Shown: one piece after another, positions 1 through 18,761 of the stretch
Numbering within the stretch: the stretch's first letter is position 1
How the letters are laid out: each line of letters opens with the position of its first letter
Assembly: GCA_964234715.1 (NCBI GenBank)
Contig: OZ174281.1
DNA: 64,000 nucleotides
Strand: one strand, 5' to 3'
DNA from: Podarcis melisellensis
Lineage: Eukaryota
Translations under genes and position numbers: made by a program
Notes under the pieces: model-generated
Databases searched by the model: none
Told to the model about the DNA's origin: nothing
What the model saw: the letters and a program-made list of their open reading frames with translations, nothing else

Positions 1-1709
1 AAACACTTTAAACTTTTTTTAGTGTTTCTTTAAATATAATCAAATACTTTGTCTGAAATATGTAGACATTTTGAAATGGGAGAGTATGTTAATATGCAGC
101 ATTTATACTTCTGTCATTCTAACAAATCTTACCTCAGAAGTAAAAATAAAGTAGGGGTTCCATTTTTTGATCATTGAATTCTAAATTCTATTCATATATC
201 AAGACACCCCCACAGTAAGAGTACAGGCATGTCTGCTAGTATGAGATTTTTTTATCTGAATATCCTATGGCACAATCCACGTGTCTTTGCTAGTACTCAG
301 AGGAAACAAACCCATGATCCCTTTCTTAAACCCCAATCGTTAATCCAGTAAGAAAACTTTGCTACAGATTATAGTTTGGAAGTGAAACAAACCATGGTCC
401 CTGGTTCACATATGACACCAAGCCAAGGATTGTGGTTTGTTTTCCCTATATGTTAGCAGAGAGAAGATATGGTTTACTGTGGTTGTGAATTGAGGTTACT
501 GTAAGTATATGCTTATTCAGTATTAGGAACATAAAGGTGAGTTTTAGACTGCAGGTGTTTTCTAAAGTAGTCTGTTTGATTTTAGGTTTATATCACTTCC
601 TTTAAGGAGCTTAGGGTTAAACTATATGTAACAATGGCTGACTTGACACAAGTAAAGTAAAATACTTATAAAGTGCTATTTTGTTGCATGGGGAATGGAG
701 GAGATAGCCCTTTACTGCTGTCTTTTCTGAAAACAATTCTCCCCAGCTGTTTCTTTCCTGATCAAGTTACTCCTAGTTTTGGAGGCTTACCTGAAGAAAA
801 AGCTAGGGGGGAACGATTTTAAGAAAGAAACACATACTTGAAAGCAGTTCTGCAACTTCCATGCACCATGTGCACTTTAGATTGCTTTATCCCAACTATG
901 GTTGCCTTAAGATAAGATTGCCTTACCTGTGGACAAACACCGCCTGAAAGCAAGATGGGCGCGGCATCCCCATAGTCTCATTTAAACTGGACTTTACCAT
1001 TCAAGGGATCTTCTCCCTTTTATTTTACCTATCCCAACTTGTACGAGTTGAGTGTTGACTTAAGTCTGACATAGAGGTCATGCCAAAATCATATCTAGTT
1101 TGTTTGTTAGAGTGGCCTCACAACAGTTCTGTGAAGTATTGGCTCAGTTCTCATGTAACACTAAGCCAAACACAGTGTGTAGATACTCATAGTAAAAGTC
1201 ATGGCTCCCTCCTCTCCCAGTCCTACTGCTGACATGCTATCTGAAGCTAAACAAAGGCTTGGCTTAGTATCATGTCCAAACTTAGTGTTGTGGTTTATCC
1301 TACTCTAGACAAATCACAAATTGTAGCCAAGATTTGTCAATGTGTGCTGTTAGCTGTGATATTTTTTTCCCTACAGTGAGTACCTATACACCTACATGAT
1401 CACATTTAGCCAGTTTGGCTTAGCATTAACATGCATATTGGGTCATTGGCTTGTCCAGTGCCACACAGAGAACTTAATTGCTCAACCCAATTCCTCCACA
1501 AAGCCAACCTTAGCCACTACCTCACACTGACTCAACTTAGGTAACCTAAATATTTTCAAGAGAAGATTTGCTAATATATTCTTTCCATTTGCAGAGGAAA
1601 GCAATTTAGTAACTTCAGAGGGAGTGTGTAAAATGATATACTTCTCCAGTCTGTATATCTGTGCTTTCTCTTGAATGTGCTATAATTGGCAGTATTTTGT
1701 TCTTACTGA

Positions 1710-1907
<198 letters not shown>

Positions 1908-2555
1908 TAGATACAGATGCGGGGGGCCTGTATCAGGACCATGGGGAAAGGGGGTCTAACATTTTCCTCCGCTGCCACAGGCTCTGTGAAAACTCCACCC
2001 CCAAGTTGCCATTGGCCCCAGGGGGGAAACCAATAAGAGCTTTTCTCCCAGGACTTAATAGCTTGGTGTGGGAGGAGGAGTTTATTGGCTCAGTGGCAGA
2101 GGGGAAAGTAGACATACATTACATAATTCCCTGGATACAGTATACATGTATAGCCCGATTGACATGGCTTCAGATCCTGTTACGGCTGCAAGATAATAAG
2201 GAGATGGTGGGAACGACCCTTTTGTGATGCAAGTGTTGTATCAAAGACCAAAACCTCCAGGTTTCATGAAGCTATTGCAACATATCATGGCCTAGGGAAC
2301 CACCTAGTCCAGAGTTTTTGTTAACTGGGAAATTAATCAGTTTGCTAGCTGTCTTTTGGAGCTGATGCTGGGATCCAGTTAGTCCTTTCTTCAATGGATT
2401 TTCCCTCACCATTTGAACAGATTATTAACAGATGACATGACACACCCAGCCTGCCACCCACAAGAAAAAAAATGAGATTGTAAGAGGACTTCAGTCAAGC
2501 AAATTTTATTCACTATGGCAGAAATTTTTAAAGTATTTTTTGTCTTGAATTTTAA

Positions 2556-2777
<222 letters not shown>

Positions 2778-3767
2778 TAATCAGTTTATATAAGACTCTC
2801 TGGTCTCTCTTACATTAGGATATATGAAATAATGACTCTTGAATAACTTGCTGTTTGTTATTGGTCTATAGAACAAACAGCCTGTACTGAGGAGTTGAAG
2901 GTTTTGGCATTACTGTTTTATGTTCAGTGACAGGCACATGCTTCTTTACATGGTAATCGGTGTGGCATGCAAATTTTAATATTCCCTTTGAAGAGCAGCA
3001 TGTATAATTTCAAAGTGTGAAATGTTTACACTAGTGTGAGATTTGAGGATTTTTTTCTATAGCTTCTGGACACCTTCTTTACAAATTTGCTTGTGAGTTT
3101 TCCTGATTCATGATGGTAAACTATATTATTTTTTTAGTGTGCCGGTACTTCAGAAGATAGGTTTGTCAATGTCGGTTTGCCACAATAGCTAAAAATGGCA
3201 CTTCTACTTTCAAAGGAAGTGGCTAAGTTAACATGTAATAAGACAGACTTTCTGGCTTATTATGGTTTACTGTAAATGAGCAGTGTGTTAGCAGACAATT
3301 CCTGATCGCTCAGCTTTGCTTTTACCCTGGTGCAAGCAGGATAACTGAACCTGGAATCCTTGGCTTCCCCTTATGTCCAAACAAGGAATTGTGGTTTGTT
3401 GCACCTTCACAAAAAAGATCAGCAAACAAATAACAAGGCACAACTGAAGATTGGCTTCTTAGAAGGTGACAAAGCCAAATCCCTGATTGGGATTTCAAGG
3501 GAAACCAAGACTTTCCTAGTTTATTCTGCTCACTTGAGAAGAAAAAAGCCAGTGACTGGGCAGTGACTGGAGCTAGTACATGTCAACTCCAATATTTCAC
3601 AAAACTGAAAACATTGCTGTTTGAATTTTAATTAACCTAACAAACCACATAGCAAAACACTACATTTTAAATGGTTGTACCTGCAGGAATAAAAGAATCA
3701 TTTCCTATTAAAATTTTAAAAGTGTGTATCAGTCTTTGCAAAACAAATCAAACTGCATTATCTTTGA

Positions 3768-4013
<246 letters not shown>

Positions 4014-4459
4014 TAACTAAACAAAATCTACAGAGGATTTCTAGACACTAACTTGGGGGACTTCCAGCACACCAGTGGAACTGCCACTGCATCCTATACT
4101 GGTTCAGCCTAGGAGCAAAAGGAAGAAGGGAGACCTCAAAACATTCAAAAACAGCAGGGAAAACATGTAGTGCCCCAGTGACCCTAGAAAGACCCTCAAA
4201 CAAGTTATGCTGGCAACACCACCAGTATGCCAGAAATGTGCTGAGGGAGCCAGTGAACTCACAATAATGTGGGCACACCCTGAGTACATATCTTTGCATC
4301 ACAGCACAATGTGTACAGCACCAGACAGAAATCAGACACATCATGGTGCATTTGTCTCTTCGCTGCCCCCAAATTTAGCACCAGTTTATAGATTCCAGTA
4401 GCACCAGTGCTACAGGGGGAGTCCTAACTGGCTGAAATGGGTTATGTTCAAGGGAAGGA

Positions 4460-4590
4460 GAGTAGAGCATCTGTTTTGCATGCAGAATGTCCCAGGTTCA
4501 GTGTCCAGCGTCTTCAGATGGAACTGGGAATGCTCCCTGTCTGAAGCCTTTGATAGTCACTGCCAGGCTAGTGTAGATAATACTCATCCT
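4460..4590 (+). mobile_element. Old tRNA-derived SINE (Squam2-like; related fragments ~27160-27250 and ~52340-52465)
   Basis: AGTAGAGCATCTG...TTGCATGCAGAA.GTCCCAGGTTCA head and ...GCCAG...GTGTAGATAATACT body. Confidence 0.55.
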
Positions 4591-5404
4591 GACCATAAGA
4601 AAGGTAGGGAACACCCAATCCAATTGGGAAGAGTGCTGCATGGACCCAGAGCCTGGCTCCTGCATGGGTGAGCCAACCAGCTCACCACACCCCCTGCAAC
4701 TCATATGATCAATCTACCCTCTTCCTCATTTAGCATCCCAGCAGCCCTCATTACCCCGCTCTCCATTTCTCCAACTGAGTGCTTCATTCATCCTGGTGTC
4801 AGCAGTTATCCCTGTGCCTGACAAACAAGGGAACCTGAGTGAGCAGAGAGAAAGGGGGCCTCTGCTTGACAGCAACTGCTTGACAACATGGTAGCAGTTG
4901 AAGTGTTTCCTGTGGCATTAATTTTTTGTTAGGGGCACCTGTAGCATCACTGTCTATCATGAAGCTTGCCCAGATGCAGAAGCCTGCCTGGAACTGGTAG
5001 ATTATCAACCCCTGTAGAGGAATAGCAGGGAGCATTCTTAGGTGGTGGGCCTCCTTCATGGTTTCCATAGAACAGAGTGTGGGGTGGATCCTGTACCTGT
5101 AGAGGAGCAAGCAGCAGAAAATTGGGGAGTGGGGACATAGAGGCAGTGGGTAGCTGCTGGAAAGCATAGACCCTGAACCTGGTTGCATAATAGGTGTTTG
5201 TAAGTGACAGAGAAGTGTAAATGATGCCACTTGAGTGTTCTGCCAGCGTAAATGCCTCAGCAGGAGTGGGGGAGACTGCATATACTTGCCCTTTGGGGGT
5301 TTCACTAGAACTCTGTATGCAAGGGTTGTTATGCTTATGAATGTTTGGCCAGTAATGGCAATGTTTGGGGCAGAGTGCCTGGCCTTCAACAGAGAGCTCA
5401 TCTG

Positions 5405-5643
5405 TAGCGTGGTGGTTAAGAGCAGTGGACTCATAATCTGGTGAACCAGGTTCGATTCCCTGCTCCTCCACATGCAGCTGCTGGGTGACCTTGGGCTAGT
5501 CACACTTCTTTGAAGTCTCTCCGCCTCACTCACCTCACAGAGTGTTTGTTGTGGGGGAGGAAGGGAAAGGAGATTGTTAGCTGCTTTGAGACTCCTTAGG
5601 GTAGTGATGAAGCAGGATATCAAATCCAAACTCTTCTTCATCA
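5405..5643 (+). mobile_element. tRNA-derived SINE, Squam3/MIR-like
   Basis: A/B-box-like head (GGTGGTTAAGAGC...GGTTCGATTCCC), CORE-like GGGTGACCTTGGGCTAGTCAC, short trinucleotide tail; near-identical to the copies at 40027 and 57693. Confidence 0.85.
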
Positions 5644-6169
5644 TCATCTGCATGTGGGAGGGACGAGTGCTTTCTCTGTGTGTGGAAGACACTGCTTCCT
5701 GCTGTTGAGGAGGGAGGTGTAAGAGGTACTAAAGCAAAACAATTCAGACAAGAAATGCTATTCACATATAACAAAGTGGGAGGAGGACTTGGGTGACAGT
5801 TATAAGTTACACTTCATAGCATGGCTGTCACCTTCTCTTGCATTTCTGGATGGGCTGCTTTGTCCTGGCAGACCCAGTTGTTGGAGTAGAGTATTGGGTG
5901 TTTTGTATCTGGAATCTGAAGCACTTGTAATGTGCAGTGTGCATAGTTTGCATAGTGGTAACACATCTCTAAAGTTCATTTTTGGTGTTCTGGAGACAAG
6001 CAGTTTGGTATGATGTTCTCTCTTTCTTCCAGTAGTGGTGATCTATGGCATAGTGGGTTATGCTGCCCTCTTGTGCCCCAAACCAAGAAACACAGGCTGT
6101 TGACAGTTACTCTCCTCCTCCTCTTGACCAGCCAATCTCCTGTCTATGCTATGATGCTCTGCTTTCATA

Positions 6170-6345
6170 TCTAGAGGCAGTAATACTTCTGAATACCAGT
6201 TGCTGGGAACCACAGAAGGGGAGAGTTCTTTTGTGCTCAGATCCTGCATGAGGGTTTCCCACAGGCATCTGGCCAGCCACTGTGAGAACAGGATGCTAGA
6301 CTAGATGGGCCATTGGCCTAATCCAGCAGGATCTACTTACATTTT
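6170..6345 (+). mobile_element. CR1-like LINE 3' end (related copies at ~43540-43710 + and ~20927-21025 -)
   Basis: ...GGCATCTGG...CCACTGTGAGAACAGGATGCT...GATGGGCC...ATCCAGCAGG; the 43.7-kb copy ends TTCTTATGTTCTTA. Confidence 0.6.
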
Positions 6346-7493
6346 ATATAGAGTTACTTAAAGAAGACTTATGTGTGAGCTCTGAGATACTGCCCCATAT
6401 CATGCACTCTGTTTCAGTTGTAGCCACTCTCTGTGGGTGTTATATATTGGCAGTGGTGTACAGTTATTGGGTTCTGAAGTACAATGTTCTGCCATGGTGA
6501 AATTGGCAGGGGCAGTCATTGATAAAAGGGTGGCTTAAACAACACACACAACTCCTCAGTGAGACAGCAATTTTTTGCACCAGGTCTAGGGCTGGTATAA
6601 AGTTCCAGTATCAACATGAACATGGCAGCAGTCTGGAGGACTACAGAACAATGTGTAAATATGCCCAAGTTATTTAGCCTGCCATTCTTTACCAGCCTGT
6701 GACGACAGTTGTAGTCTGCATTTCCATGGTGATCACAAGAGATGGGGAAATTCCCATCTCTATGGCCATCATGAAAATTCAGGATACCAGCTTCTCAGCA
6801 GGCCAGTTTTTATTTTTTAAGTATCTAACAAAGAAGAGATATTGCTGAGGGATGGGTTTCCCTGCACTGAAAGGCAGAAACAAAGCAGACTGGCAGAGGA
6901 AGAATGTTGAAGTCCATCCCTTCTTCACCAGCCCATTAACTTTTCTCCATAGAATTCCTGGTGACCTATGGCTACCAAGCAGATAGTTAGGTACAGGGAT
7001 GGTAAGGAACATGGTGTAAATGTCCTCTACCCTTGATCCACCTCTGTCCTGTTCACGACCCCATCCTGTTCTGGCCATTCCATCAGCATATCTTTGTTGG
7101 CAGAGCTGTTCATTCAGCATATTTGGGTATTCTTCCAGCAGCACTGGCATGCCAGTGTCATATCTTGATTTCTGCCAAATACTATAGCCTCACAGTCAAC
7201 AGAACTTAAGGAAAAGATTGCTTTGTAAAATATGTTACAAGAGTTTAATCTCCTGTGTTGCTTAATTTTTTTTATCTTTGGCACCAATCCACAGATTTAG
7301 AGCAATCAAAATAAATCAGTGTACTGTTCTGGAGTGTGTTATGTGTGGATTTCAGCACTGCTGTCCTACCCTGATTTACTTACTGGTATATAATGTCATC
7401 CATGTATATAGCATTTTACAGAGTGAGATGCTTTAAAAAAACAGGTGTCTGTTTACAATCTAATCACCTCCCAAGGCCTGTTTTTAATGTTAA

Positions 7494-7730
<237 letters not shown>

Positions 7731-8600
7731 TAGATAATACACAGACTTTCATATTGGTGTGCATATACAGAAAACAGGACCCTTGCAGATAAGTACAGTT
7801 ATACCTCTCAGTGACCTCCCACTGAGGTTTACGGGAAAAGTAATTTGCAGAGACATGGTTCTGTGAAATTATCTCCTACAACTTTGTCCTCAGCTTAGTT
7901 TTGATGAATCATTTTGCAGATTGATCCTCACATTGGACTAAATGGGGCTTACATCTGATTAGATACGCACAGGATTACACTGTTCATCTCTTATGGTCCC
8001 CCCATAACAATAGCTGGGCGTGTTTTTGAATAAAGCATATTTATTCCTTCCCTGCACACTTCCAATTAACATTTGGATGTCCTTCACATGGGCCAGGTAG
8101 ACACAAACTAAAAACTTGCCAAGCCCTTTGGGATTTAACCAGCAAGTTTTTTGTAGTTTTCCAGGTTTTAAAAATAGAGTTTCATAGAAGACATATATAT
8201 ATAAAACAAGCCTAATTATATATATATTTTTAATAAGCATGTTTCAATCGCTGCTCTTTGGAAGAGTTATTTTACATATCAAATAAAATGAGCTATTGTA
8301 GAGGTGATCTGTCCACTCTGTAAAAGTGTGTGATTTCCTGTATATATTTCAACTGCTATCTACACAGCTTGACAAGAAACCCCAAGAGACAACAGCAACA
8401 CCTAAACACCCACCCCAAAGCCTTTACTTGTAATGAACTTTTTTGCACTTCTTCACACAGTATGTAGTTAAACTGTGGGATCCAATGCCAGAAAACATTT
8501 AAAAGATGGTTAAAAAGAGATAAAACACATGTAACATACATGTCATTTTAAAAGTAATATTCACTGTCATGAATAGTAAATAAATGAATATATTTGTTGA

Positions 8601-13244
<4,644 letters not shown>

Positions 13245-14221
13245 TAATAGAGTGAATTATATGCTCTCAGCAATCTCTTAAACTGTTCAGTTCATTCCAG
13301 TGTAAGCTAATAGAACCAGATTCCTATTCTGCATAGTAGGAGCATGCTGCAACCATGTTACTTTTTGCTTGATAGTTCTGCATGCTCCTTGCCACCCCCT
13401 GTCCCCATCCCATAACAATAGTATATTTTACTTTCTGTATAAACTAAATGAGAAAGGGGATGTTTTTGCGTAAGGAGAATAGCTATGCTGCTGTTTTCTA
13501 CTTTCTTATTAAATGTAAAACAAATATGTATTTTTGATGCAACCAGCTGATGCCAAAAGGGCCAAGAAAATACTCATGAGTAGCATAGTTTGCTTTCCAC
13601 ATTTTTTACAAGATAACTTTACATTGCCCTTTTGGCTCCAGTGATTATGCAACTAGAAAGTTGCTAGGAGGACTTGTTAGCCAGGTTTTTGGAGAAGACA
13701 GATAATGCTGTCAAAAGGTGAAGGGGTTTGGAAGCTTCCACTTCTGTTTAAACATTACATCTGAACCTTAAACTGCAGATTAACTGTTATTATGAACTAC
13801 GGTTTACTCAAGTAAGCCAGCTTCTTAAACTACAATTTGAAATTGGCTTTGTTAAAACTAACTGCAGTTTGTCTGGTTCAGAAGTCAGTCTGAAACAGAA
13901 ACAAGCTTTCAAATTCCTTGCAAGCTGTGCCAGGGAAAAATAGACAAGGCTCACACAGACTTGTCCTATGCCATGGTTTAGCGTTACATATGAATGCAGT
14001 CCATTGCTTTGCATCTGCTTGATGTGCTGCTTTCATATATATAAAGATGCTTCAAACAATGTTTCATGTTAACACAGTAAACTTCATATATTTAATTCCG
14101 TATTTGTGATACAAATATGTGCATTCGGTGACATTTTAAGCACCATAATTTTTTCCTCCAGTTGACTATGTTATGGCTCTTGCTTATGTATACAGTATTG
14201 TATATAAATGATATTGCATGA

Positions 14222-14392
<171 letters not shown>

Positions 14393-14506
14393 TAGGCTGA
14401 TGACTGTATAAAGATGGGCAAGTCTTTTAAAAGTTTTATTGTTTTAAAGAGAAAGGATTAGAATGAAGAAAAACTGTTACATGTTAAGATTTAAGCACAA
14501 TATGTA

Positions 14507-15068
14507 CCGTACTTTTCGCTCCATTGGACGCAGTTTTTCCCCTCCAAAAACTGAGTGGAAATGTGTGTGCGTCCTATGGAGCGAATGCAGGCTTGTGCCA
14601 TAGCCGCGCGCAACCCCTCCAGCAGGGAGAGGCTGCACGGGGCTATGGCTTCTTTAGCCCTACGCTGCTTCTCCCGGCAGGGAGAGATTGCGCGGGGCTA
14701 AAGAGGAAGCCAAAGCAGCCAGTGGGATCCATCCCGCTCGCTGCCTTGGCTTGCTCCATATCTGCATGCAACCCCTCTGGCAGGGAGAGGCTGCACGGGG
14801 CTATGGCTTCTTTAGCTCCACGCAGCCTCTCCTGGCAGGGAGGGATTGCGCGGGGTTAAAGAAGCCAAAACAGCCAGCGCGATCCATCCCGCTCGCTGCC
14901 TTGGCTTGTGCCATAGCCGCGCACAACCCCTCCGACAGGGAGAGGTTGTGCACAGCCTGTACGCTGCTCTTTGGGGCTGGGGGGGGGGAGATTTTTTTTA
15001 TTGATTTCCCCATCTAAAAACTAGGTGCGCCCTATGGTCCGGTGCCCCCTATGGTGCGAAAAATACGG
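14507..15068. mobile_element. Tc2/pogo-like (TcMar) non-autonomous element with ~157-bp internal tandem hairpin repeats
   Basis: TA|CCGTACTTTTCGCTCCAT ... ATGGTGCGAAAAATACGG|TA; TIRs and TA target duplication. Confidence 0.85.
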
Positions 15069-15429
15069 TAGATTGTTAAGAAGTTGTTAAAAACTTGCAT
15101 CTCCAATCAGGACCTATATATACCTGGGAATTCCTTTAAAGAAAAGGAGAGTTTACACTGTGCTAAGAAATTCATACAAGAAGCCATTCTTACCAGGAAG
15201 TTTTGAAAGTTCTACTTAGATTTCTAAGCCAAGTCTCATAGTATTTTCTGTATGAAATCTCTGTAAATGTGCATGTTTATTGGTATGAATTAATAGAGAG
15301 AATTAATAGAATTATTACATTTCAAAAATCTTGAAAGTGTACTTCAGAAAAGGAAAAACAATGATCAAATAGTATTTTAATGAAATTTTGTGTTTTAAAA
15401 CTCTGATTATTATTTTTTTGTTTAACTAG

Positions 15430-15597
<168 letters not shown>

Positions 15598-15681
15598 TAA
15601 GGTTTGGTTTGGAAATAAACCCATAGCTGAAGTTACTTTTTCAAACTAAGTCTAATAAAGTTAACATGAAAACAAGTTTTA

Positions 15682-16281
15682 CCATATTGGCCCGAATATA
15701 AGCTGCACTTTCCCCCATTTTCAGACCCTGAAAGGTTAAAGTGCGGCTTATATTCGTGACTTTTTACCATATGCTGTTGAAAGTGGCTGGGAAGCACACG
15801 CACTCCCTAGCTGCTTGATGGCGGGAGTGGGGGGAGCAGCATCCGCCTCCCAGCTGGTTAGCAGTGTTCACTCCCTAGCTGCTTGGCGGTGGGGGGAAGC
15901 AGCACGACCGCCTCCCAGCTGCTTTCAGGGGGGAGTGGCACGCCTGCCTCCCAGCTGGTTGGCGGGGGGGGAAGCATGCGCAGGTCATCCAGCTACGGAG
16001 CACATGCACCGCCAAAAAGCTGGGAGGTAAGCGCGCACCCCTCAGCTAGGGAGTGCATGCACCACCAACCAGCTGGTAGGTGGGCACCCAGCTCCCCAAG
16101 CCGGTGCCGGCGCTCAGCTCTTGAGTGCGCTGTGTACATTACCACCCTGAACCGCCAGCACCGGCTTGGGGAGCGGGGCGCCGAGTGTCAGCACCGGCTT
16201 GGTGGCCACACCTGCAAATAAGTCGTGAATTTTAAGGGTGTGGCTTATATGTGGGTACAGCATATATTCAGGCCAATATGG
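15682..16281. mobile_element. Tc2/pogo-like MITE with GC-rich minisatellite interior
   Basis: TA|CCATATTGGCCCGAATATAAGCTGCAC ... GTACAGCATATATTCAGGCCAATATGG|TA. Confidence 0.82.
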
Positions 16282-16504
16282 TATTTAAATTTAATTCTAA
16301 TTTTAAAAGTTGCTGATTCAGACAGCATACTGCTAGAGTTCTTTAAGAATTCACATATGAAATTGTTCGTTGAATTGTCTAAACTTCTAGCAACTTGTTC
16401 CTAAAATTATCTTCCTTGCTGGACATTTGGAAGGTACCCATTGTAAAACCAATTTGTTAAAAAGGAATCTGTTGAGGAGAAATTACTCTATTTGGCTAAT
16501 CTCA

Positions 16505-16824
16505 TGATCACATGACAAAGCCATTTTTCACCTTCTCACCCCTTGCTTTTTCCTGTAAGACCTATTGCAGCCGTTAAGAGTCGTCAACAGGCTCATCACA
16601 GCTATCTGCCAATCACCCATTCCTACCACCCTTCTGAGTAATACCCCTCCCCACCTTCTCACTATATAGAAGGGTTTGGTAACTTCTGTTTCAGTGTATC
16701 TGAAGAAGTGTGCATGCACACGAAAGCTCATACCAAGAACTAACTTAGTTGGTCTTTAAGGTGCTACTGGAAGGAATTTTTTTGTTTTGACTATGGCAGA
16801 CCAACACGGCTACCTATCTGTAAC
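16505..16824 (+). mobile_element. Penelope-like retroelement 3' fragment (pseudo-LTR) with 12-bp flanking direct repeat
   Basis: TGGCTAATCTCA at 16493-16504 and 16825-16836; CCAAT and TATA-like motifs, hammerhead motif, and ...TTAGTTGGTCTTTAAGGTGCTAC...GACCAACACGGCTAC end as recalled for reptile PLEs. Confidence 0.82.
16696..16733 (+). ncRNA. Minimal type I hammerhead ribozyme motif (PLE-associated)
   Basis: GTAT-CTGAAGA-A-GTGTGCATGCACAC-GAA-AGCT-C-ATAC: helix I GUAU/AUAC, core CUGANGA and GAAA, helix II hairpin, palindromic helix III, predicted cleavage after C16729. Confidence 0.78.
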
Positions 16825-17073
16825 TGGCTAATCTCAGTCCTAGTTAAATTAGTGGGAAACATTAGGCTAGAATTCTTATATAGAAGAACTGGATGCTGAA
16901 GACAAATTTGCATGGTCTGCAGAGAAGAAAGTTTTTCACTTTTAACTTTTTAAAAATAATGAAAGAGTTTGTGTAAAGTCTTGTGTAAACAGATTTAATC
17001 TGGCTCATGGGAGAATCACTTTTTTCACTCTCCACACTAGGTCAGAAACAGCCTGACTGGAAGAGGCCTAGTG

Positions 17074-17201
17074 CAGAAACGGCAAACCTGTGGACCTCCA
17101 GGTGTAGCTAACTCCCATCAACCTCAGCCAGTATGTCCAATGGTCAGAGATGGTGGGAGTTGTAGTTCCAACATCTGGTGGGCCACAGGTTCCCCATTCT
17201 G
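17074..17201. mobile_element. hAT/Charlie (URR1-like) palindromic MITE
   Basis: Arms AACCTGTGGACCTCCAG...CTCCCATCA / TGGTGGGAG...CTGGTGGGCCACAGGTT. Confidence 0.7.
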
Positions 17202-17313
17202 CACCTAATGGAGACAAGGTCACATTTGGATCCAAACTACTATTTTTCATCACTCTTAACATTTTAAAAATATGGGTCTACCATTTTTAGCATTGGAATA
17301 AATTACTATATAA

Positions 17314-17490
<177 letters not shown>

Positions 17491-18575
17491 TAGAAAGCTG
17501 CAATAAACAATCTAGCACATGGTCTCCTTCACATTCTTTGTGTCATAGCAAATTCAGGAGAAAATAGATAATACATGTTTTAATTCATTAAGTTGCTCAC
17601 ATGTATGGAATAGAACAACACCTGAGTTCCTGCCTCCATGGGTTTCTCAGTTCAGGGAATTTGCAGGGATCACAAACGTGTCAATTTTATTTGTGGAACT
17701 GCCTTAATATTGCACTGAATGAGGAAGCCAGTACTCAGTGAGTAGACTTCATGTATATCAAGGTGTCAGGAGGATATTCTTAGTGTATCCCGTGTATCCA
17801 TCCAAAAGGGTGGGGAAGAAAATATGGAGAAGCCCTGAAGTGCACATGGAAGCATTTCCATTCACCTTAAGAATTCTTTTGAAATCATGCCATTGGCATC
17901 TATGGAATATATGGTGTATGTCTAGAGGGCTTGGACCCAGAATTAAGTGCATGTAACAAGGTTGGCAGTAGCTGACTTCCCCACCCAACCTCCTCTCCAC
18001 AGCAGTTCTCCCAAAATACCTAGAAATCTTTCAGGGGACTCTGCTAAATGGGATGGGCTGTGACACAGAGAGATGAGGGTAAAGGGAGGATACCTGAAAA
18101 TTAGGTGGGGATACTTTTCATGAGCAGATGTCCAGTTCATGGAAGTTGCCTTTTTAATTACACATGCTTAGTACTGGATCTAATTCAGAGTGAACTGCAT
18201 ATGTACAGAGTTGAGAAAAGAAAATGGTGCAGAATGAATATCTTTTTCTAAAGACCCCCTTAAAGCAGGAATAGCCAGCATTTTAAAGCTTTAGGTAAAA
18301 GGAGCTGACGCTTTAGCATCTAATTGCTCTAGGATTGATTTATTAAAAGTGCTAGCATTGTTTTATGGAATATTTAATTGCCTCTAGAATTACAAAAAAT
18401 AAAAACCCTATTCAAAACATGAATAGGCTCACAAGTATAAGATCAAATCGTCTCAGGGGTTTGATTGGCCTGTCGACTGTCAAATTGGCCGTCCCTGTCT
18501 TTGAGAATTCAGTATTCGGTTCACATTAAGGTGTACTTGGAATAATTGACTATTCATCTGTTTATTTTGAAATAG

Positions 18576-18761
<186 letters not shown>

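Noticed and set aside
5405-5470. tRNA gene
   Set aside because: This is the tRNA-derived head of a SINE; it continues into SINE body and tail and recurs in two other copies.
4799-5692. 297-aa and 174-aa minus-strand ORFs as real genes
   Set aside because: They run through a SINE (the same pseudo-peptide recurs at 40020-40349) and show no recognisable domain.
14590-14960. Repeat array with hairpins, superficially CRISPR-like
   Set aside because: No unique spacers, units are ~157 bp and degenerate, the array is enclosed by transposon TIRs in a vertebrate intron, and there are no cas genes.
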